The notes beneath the pieces were generated by a model, which saw nothing but the letters and a program-made list of their open reading frames with translations, made no database searches and was not told the origin of the DNA. Shown piece after piece: positions 7,997-10,574 of a stretch of DNA of 10,574 bases; within the stretch, counting starts at the first letter, position 1, and the number at the start of each line of letters is the position of its first letter. Where the stretch lies: NCBI GenBank assembly GCA_031269795.1, contig JAISYR010000026.1, positions 1-10,574 on the forward strand, read 5' to 3'. The position numbers were made by a program, and so were the translations under genes. Source of the stretch: Puniceicoccales bacterium (GTDB taxonomy: Bacteria; Verrucomicrobiota; Verrucomicrobiia; Opitutales; JAIRKQ01).

Positions 7997-8005
7997 TGTG
8001 AACAA
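7997..8005 (-). promoter_or_regulatory. DnaA-box-like 9-mer TTGTTCACA (minus strand), 20 bp upstream of the dnaA ATG
   Basis: The plus strand reads TGTGAACAA. Its reverse complement has one mismatch to TTATNCACA. The position fits dnaA autoregulation. Confidence 0.45.
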
Positions 8006-8024
8006 CTTTTAATCTCTTCTTAAC

Positions 8025-9398
8025 ATGAATGCAAATCTTACCATAAATTCTACACTCTGGAAAGTGGTTCGTGATAATCTTAAGGAGGTATTTCCCCACG
8101 ATGTTTTTCGTTCATGGTTCGAGCCATTATATGTTGTCGAAGAAACACCAAATGCTATTGTTTTCGGGGTAATGAATGATTTCACCGCCATTTGGTTACA
8201 GGAAAATTACCTGGACATAATGGCAAAAAATTTATGCCGCGAAGCGGGACATGATGTGAAAATTTCATTTCGTGTACAGGATAGAGAACCGCAAGCTCCT
8301 CAAGAAATTTCCAGCATAGCTCAAAAACAGAAAAAAAGTGCGGGGGGGGATCAAAACAAGGGGATAACTCCCATTACACTAAACAAACAAAATACATTTG
8401 AAAACTTCGTCGTAGGGTCTGGAAATCAAATGGCTCACGCGGCCTGTACAGCCGTTGTCAACACCCCCGGTCGTGCTTACAATCCGCTGTTTCTATATGG
8501 CGACACGGGTCTTGGAAAGACCCACCTAATGCAAGCAGTGGCGCACAGTGTTTTGAGTAAGTATAAAAAGATAAATGTGGTTTACACGTCCACCGAAAAG
8601 TTTACCAACGAGTTCATTTCCGAGCTGCAAAAAAATAACCTAGGTGCGTTTAGGAAAAAGTATCGCTACGTGGATGTTTTATTGATCGACGATGTACATT
8701 TTCTATCTGGGAAAGAGCGCATACAGGAAGAATTTTTCCATACTTTTAATGAATTATTCGAAGCACAGAAGCAAATTATTCTAAGCAGCGATCGTCCAGC
8801 ATCCGAAATAGCCAGGCTAGAAAATCGATTGGTTTCCCGGTTTCAGTGGGGATTGGTGGCTGATATCCAGGCCCCAGATTTGGAAACAAGGATTGCAATC
8901 CTTGATAAGAAAGCGACTGCCATGCACCTCGAACTTTCCCATGATATAATTGAGACATTGGCCAACAGGGTCTCAAGCAATGTGCGAAAGCTGGAAGGAG
9001 CTTTGAATAGAATCGCCAGCTACCTTTCAATCACCAAATCCCCAATTAATTCCGAATTGATGGAACATATTCTGCATGATTTATTCTTCGAAGAAAAAAC
9101 CATCGAGATCACCATAGAAGCGGTCCAACGAAAAGTTTGTGCCCATTACAAATTATCCCTCGACGATATTACGGGGAAAAAGCGGCCGGCTAATATTGCA
9201 TTTCCCAGACAAATTGCGATGTACCTGTGTAGACTGATGACAAACCGTTCATTGGTGGACATCGGGGGCGAGTTTGGAGGGAGGGATCACGGTACGGTCA
9301 TCCATGCGTGTAAAACCGTCGAAAACGCAATGGAGCATGATATTTCCATAAAGCATACCATAGAAAATTTACAAAAAATGATCAAGCAAATCCCCTAG
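8025..9398 (+). CDS. dnaA: Chromosomal replication initiator protein DnaA
   Basis: 457 aa. It has Walker A GDTGLGKTHL, Walker B LLIDDVHFL, sensor and box VII regions (SSDRPASEI, RLVSRFQWGLVADIQAPDLETRIAIL), and a domain IV DNA-binding helix (FPRQIAMYLCRLMTNRSLVDIGGEFGGRDHGTVIHACKTVE). Confidence 0.96.
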   Translation: MNANLTINSTLWKVVRDNLKEVFPHDVFRSWFEPLYVVEETPNAIVFGVMNDFTAIWLQENYLDIMAKNLCREAGHDVKISFRVQDREPQAPQEISSIAQKQKKSAGGDQNKGITPITLNKQNTFENFVVGSGNQMAHAACTAVVNTPGRAYNPLFLYGDTGLGKTHLMQAVAHSVLSKYKKINVVYTSTEKFTNEFISELQKNNLGAFRKKYRYVDVLLIDDVHFLSGKERIQEEFFHTFNELFEAQKQIILSSDRPASEIARLENRLVSRFQWGLVADIQAPDLETRIAILDKKATAMHLELSHDIIETLANRVSSNVRKLEGALNRIASYLSITKSPINSELMEHILHDLFFEEKTIEITIEAVQRKVCAHYKLSLDDITGKKRPANIAFPRQIAMYLCRLMTNRSLVDIGGEFGGRDHGTVIHACKTVENAMEHDISIKHTIENLQKMIKQIP

Positions 9399-9550
9399 GC
9401 TCAGAACTCGCAAAAAAGACTAGTATTTAGAAAAGATGCTTTACGGCTGCTTCATCCGGTGAAGCGAAATAAACTGGAAGTCTTTGTAAAATTCTACAAA
9501 AACCGGCAAATAAATACACTAACTGCTTTCGGGAAGGGCTGCAAATTTTA

Positions 9551-9579
9551 TTGTAAAAAGTTGCAAAAGTAGCTATCAT
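9551..9579 (+). promoter_or_regulatory. Possible sigma-70-type promoter (TTGTAA, 17-bp spacer, TATCAT) just upstream of the unlisted ORF
   Basis: The -35-like TTGTAA is at 9551-9556, the spacer is exactly 17 bp, and the -10-like TATCAT is at 9574-9579. The predicted transcription start, about 9586, is only about 2 nt before ATG 9588. Pattern only. Confidence 0.3.
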
Positions 9580-9587
9580 AGGGGAGG

Positions 9588-10574
9588 ATGAATACTTCTC
9601 TCTCACAGAAAAATGAAATCGCAAGCCTACGCAACCAGGCTAGAAGCTCCGGAACCTCTAAAACGGCAACGATACAAATAGATGGCCGTTGGTGTACGGT
9701 AACAGCGAAACCCATTGGCAACTGGCCATTTAAAAGAACTAACATCAAAATTGAGTCTAGAACTTTGGACAACCGAACATGCATAGTAAATTTTACCTAC
9801 GATAGGGGACGAGGGGTTGCCCAAGGACTTCGATCGTTCACAGAAACAATTAACAAATCCGACCAAGAATTTATTGCCGAAACAACAATACCCCAAGTGG
9901 GCAGTAGTTGCTCCAAAGAGCAAGTACTCTCAACCATTTCCTCGAAGATTGCTGGTTACACTCAACCAATGCCCATCAGCTCTATGAGTCATCATGCTCC
10001 GAGAATCTGGGGATTTTTGAGGAATGTAGAAAATTTTGTGCTACAAAATGCTCTGTCTGCGGATGAAATATCAAAGCTGAAACAAGAATTACGGCACCTA
10101 AGCAGTACACCGATTATACAATATCCGCAAAGACCGAATGACCTTTTTTCAATAAATGAATGCGATGGCGATCCCCACTGTCGTGACATTGCTCTTCAGG
10201 CGGAATCCCTTGAAATACTGCTCGATGCCAAGGCATGCGGTCAGGTTAGGCTGGAAAGAAATATCCCTCCTGCGGTAAAAGTACTGGGTAGAGGGAGTTC
10301 TAATACCGTATGCCTTGCCCATAGGAAACCGGGGGGAGACAGAAGGGAGGCGTCTGAGCCGATAGCATTGAAACCATGCATCCAGTCTAAACAAGAAAGA
10401 AATCCGGCTGGGTTTGTACAAACTATCAGAAGGATGAAAACAATGATTGGAATAGCAAGCGGGAGCTATAGGCGTAACCAAGCAACCTCAATGGTCCAGC
10501 GTATGTTTGAGCATATTGGCAAAACAGAAAAAATAACCGTCCCCCACGTAATAGCCACCGTTTCCGCAGCGGAA
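9588..10574 (+). CDS. Partial CDS (N-terminal 329 codons, open at the window end): hypothetical protein whose C-terminal part resembles the N-lobe of a PI3/PI4-kinase-superfamily (type II PI4K-like) or atypical kinase domain
   Basis: It is absent from the supplied track, presumably because no stop codon is reached. I translated it codon by codon. There is a stop (TAG) at 9579-9581 and an ATG at 9588, then 329 sense codons to 10574. The sequence begins MNTSLSQKNEIASLRNQARSSG and ends ESLEILLDAKACGQVRLERNIPPAVKVLGRGSSNTVCLAHRKPGGDRREASEPIALKPCIQSKQERNPAGFVQTIRRMKTMIGIASGSYRRNQATSMVQRMFEHIGKTEKITVPHVIATVSAAE. A chance open frame of this length in roughly 43% GC DNA is very unlikely (less than about 1e-6). 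The functional call is motif-based and tentative. Confidence 0.8.
   Translation, partial: MNTSLSQKNEIASLRNQARSSGTSKTATIQIDGRWCTVTAKPIGNWPFKRTNIKIESRTLDNRTCIVNFTYDRGRGVAQGLRSFTETINKSDQEFIAETTIPQVGSSCSKEQVLSTISSKIAGYTQPMPISSMSHHAPRIWGFLRNVENFVLQNALSADEISKLKQELRHLSSTPIIQYPQRPNDLFSINECDGDPHCRDIALQAESLEILLDAKACGQVRLERNIPPAVKVLGRGSSNTVCLAHRKPGGDRREASEPIALKPCIQSKQERNPAGFVQTIRRMKTMIGIASGSYRRNQATSMVQRMFEHIGKTEKITVPHVIATVSAAE

Larger units (their letters stand above)
7584..8024. other. Candidate chromosomal replication origin (oriC) and dnaA control region
   Basis: This 441-bp non-coding gap lies between divergent genes, with all genes to the left on the minus strand and all to the right on the plus strand. 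It holds three DnaA-box-like 9-mers. It also holds A/T palindromes: A6T6 at 7689-7700, A5T6 at 7596-7606 and AAAATTAATTTT at 7933-7944. The stretch 7921-7960 is AT-rich. Confidence 0.5.

Noticed and set aside
7872-8191. Minus-strand ORFs 7872-8099 (75 aa) and 8009-8191 (60 aa)
   Set aside because: They overlap the dnaA start or 5' end and the AT-rich intergenic region. Their sequences are lysine/arginine- and isoleucine-rich, as expected from translating AT-rich non-coding DNA. No motifs were seen.
9449-9465. Hairpin GCTTCA-TCCGG-TGAAGC downstream of dnaA, considered as an intrinsic terminator
   Set aside because: The stem is only 6 bp and is followed by GAAATAAA rather than a U-tract. That is too weak to call a terminator.
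9427-10481. Minus-strand ORFs in the track (9427-9624, 9548-9784, 9627-9923, 9992-10189, 10149-10481; 63-110 aa)
   Set aside because: They are short, mutually overlapping and low-complexity, and have no recognisable motifs. All lie antisense to, or just upstream of, a 329-codon uninterrupted + strand frame. They are best explained as shadow ORFs.
1-10574. CRISPR arrays, tRNA/rRNA genes, and defence or toxin-antitoxin modules
   Set aside because: Reading both strands showed no regularly spaced direct repeats, no cloverleaf-like or rRNA-like sequence in the intergenic gaps, and no small paired ORFs typical of TA or defence systems.

Overview
This looks like a chromosomal core region around dnaA, about 43% GC by eye. 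Nine co-directional minus-strand genes run leftward from a 441-bp intergenic region (7584-8024). They are a RodZ-like protein, gpsA, a GT9 heptosyltransferase-like protein, grpE, dnaJ, a hexapeptide-repeat protein, mreB, a glucosaminidase-family hydrolase, and a decayed IS5-family transposase at the left edge. dnaA (8025-9398) and the gene after it run rightward. That strand switch, three DnaA-box-like 9-mers and A/T-rich palindromes make 7584-8024 a candidate oriC. The most interesting item is missing from the supplied ORF track. It is an open reading frame on the + strand from ATG 9588 to the window end (329 codons, no stop). Its C-terminal part carries a glycine-rich loop and lysine motif arrangement (GRGSSNTV ... 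IALKP ... ERNP ... VP) that I recognise from memory as PI3/PI4-kinase-superfamily (type II PI4K-like). It sits where dnaN is often found. I saw no rRNA, tRNA or CRISPR array. Few genes have a Shine-Dalgarno sequence. The gene content (mreB plus rodZ, grpE-dnaJ without dnaK) would fit a PVC-type or similar lineage, but taxonomy cannot be established from this window. All functional calls rest on motif recognition by eye; no database search was possible.
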